NCBI GenBank assembly: GCA_963763115.1
Contig: CAVXNM010000058.1
Span: forward strand, 7,856-71,855
Direction: 5' to 3'
Origin: an uncultured Gammaproteobacteria bacterium
Lineage (GTDB): Bacteria > Pseudomonadota > Gammaproteobacteria > UBA9214
Length of the DNA: 64,000 nucleotides
Shown: one piece after another, positions 62,981 through 64,000 of the stretch
How the letters are laid out: the number at the start of each line of letters is the position of its first letter
Position numbering within the stretch: the stretch's first letter is position 1
Made by a program: the position numbers and the translations under genes
Notes under the pieces: model-generated
What the model was told of the DNA's origin: nothing
What the model saw: only the letters and a program-made list of their open reading frames with translations
The model's database searches: none

Positions 62981-64000
62981 ATGTCCAGGAACGCCATAAA
63001 CGGTTCACGGCTCGCGGAACCGCGCAAGTCAACCCTGCGCAGCCGCCTGCTTGTCAGACTGGCCGGCCTCCTGCTGATTCTGTTCATCCTGGGACTCGTC
63101 GCACTCGCCGGGCAGCCGGAGACGGTTCCGGCAGCAACAGGGGCGGTCCTGACCATCCTGTTGCTGATCATCGGAACGGTACTCGCCTATTCGATCCTGT
63201 CACTGGTGCAGCACAATCTGCTGGATCCGCTCAGCAGCATCAGGTCATGGGCCAGCACAATCCGCCAGGGGACGTATACCGACCCCATCCCCACACCCCA
63301 TTACGGTCCCTTTGCTGACCTCGCCGATGATTTGAACAGCCTGGGGATGAAATTGCAGTCACTGCGCAAGTCCCGGCCGGGCGGCCTGTCCGACAGGCAG
63401 GATTCCGAGCAGAAGGCCCTGCAAATCCTCTATGAAGTCGTGTCAAGCATCAATACCGCCCACGGTCTGGATGACTTGATGAACCGCTTCCTGTTTACCC
63501 TGAAGCGCATCACCAAGGCGCAGGCGGCCGCCATCTGGGTAACGCACCTGCCGAACCAGGTTGAACTGGCCACCAGCAGCGGCATCGATGAGTCCCTCAT
63601 CCAGCCGGACCGGCCGGAAATCCGGCGCTGCCTTTATGAACGCGCGCTGACGGAAGGAAAGATCTGGGTCGAAAAAAACCTCGATAAATGCGAAAAAATC
63701 GCCGGCAGACGCTTCTTCGAGAACAGGAACATTGGCCTGGTCTCGATTCCCATGCGGTACCAGGGCCGGATCATCGGTATCATCAACCTCTTTCTGGAAG
63801 GCGGACTGATCGAGCAACTGGACAGCATGAAGCCACTGCTGACCAGCATCGGGCACCATTTGAGTGTCGCTATCGAACGGGCGCGCAGTGACGAGCAAAC
63901 TCACCAGCACCTGATCAATGACGAACGCACCCGCATTGCGCACGAACTCCACGACTCACTGGCGCAGAACCTGGCGAGTCTGCGCTACCAGGTGCGCGTG
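62981..64000 (+). CDS. NarX/NarQ-type sensor histidine kinase (TM-HAMP-GAF-HisKA_3), partial, continues beyond right edge
   Basis: Not in the ORF track (no stop in the window). From ATG 62981: two TM helices (LLVRLAGLLLILFILGLVALAG; AVLTILLLIIGTVLAYSILSLV), a GAF-like ..IPMRYQGRIIGIINLF.., and the H-box ERTRIAHELHDSLAQNL at the edge. Confidence 0.8.
   Translation, partial: MSRNAINGSRLAEPRKSTLRSRLLVRLAGLLLILFILGLVALAGQPETVPAATGAVLTILLLIIGTVLAYSILSLVQHNLLDPLSSIRSWASTIRQGTYTDPIPTPHYGPFADLADDLNSLGMKLQSLRKSRPGGLSDRQDSEQKALQILYEVVSSINTAHGLDDLMNRFLFTLKRITKAQAAAIWVTHLPNQVELATSSGIDESLIQPDRPEIRRCLYERALTEGKIWVEKNLDKCEKIAGRRFFENRNIGLVSIPMRYQGRIIGIINLFLEGGLIEQLDSMKPLLTSIGHHLSVAIERARSDEQTHQHLINDERTRIAHELHDSLAQNLASLRYQVRV

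Overview
GC-rich chromosomal segment from a sulfur-oxidising gammaproteobacterium (judged from gene content and E. coli-like synteny; the taxon cannot be fixed from sequence alone). All calls rest on reading the translations and nucleotide patterns. No database search or folding program was run.

Left third (1-19.9 kb), conserved housekeeping genes:
- ftsK' (partial), ald, trxB, aat, infA, clpA-clpS, cspD, icd
- NUDIX-mnmA-hflD-acnA-purB

Middle (20-43 kb):
- a same-strand arsenosugar-type radical-SAM cluster: dusA, desaturase-like gene, flavoprotein disulfide reductase, arsS, arsM and two glycosyltransferase-like genes
- aguA/aguB and a type I-beta DAHP synthase
- a signal-peptide DsrE-like protein beside a LolA-like/RND pair
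- mfd-csiV
- a sel1-dsrS-grxC-cysG operon

Right third (43.5-64 kb):
- a patch of poorly characterised genes: three Fe(II)/2OG dioxygenases, a GNAT, several 64-190 aa unknowns and a cysteine-free DsrC paralogue
- a complete oxidative-type dsrABEFHCMKLJOPNR operon
- a NarX-type sensor kinase running off the right edge

No rRNA, tRNA, CRISPR array, transposase or integrase was seen.

Most noteworthy:
- dsrS is unlinked from the dsr operon and grouped with siroheme synthase and glutaredoxin genes.
- A Cys-less DsrC/RspA-type gene sits in a block divergent from dsrA, with recurrent GGATACG / GGGATA motifs in the surrounding intergenic DNA.
- The extended arsS/arsM cluster.
- A roughly 245-nt intergenic segment with long-range complementarity that matches no RNA family I can recognise.
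- Two families of REP/MITE-like palindromic repeats.
- Two GNAT genes with coding anomalies: a 1-nt frameshift in one and no canonical start codon in the other.
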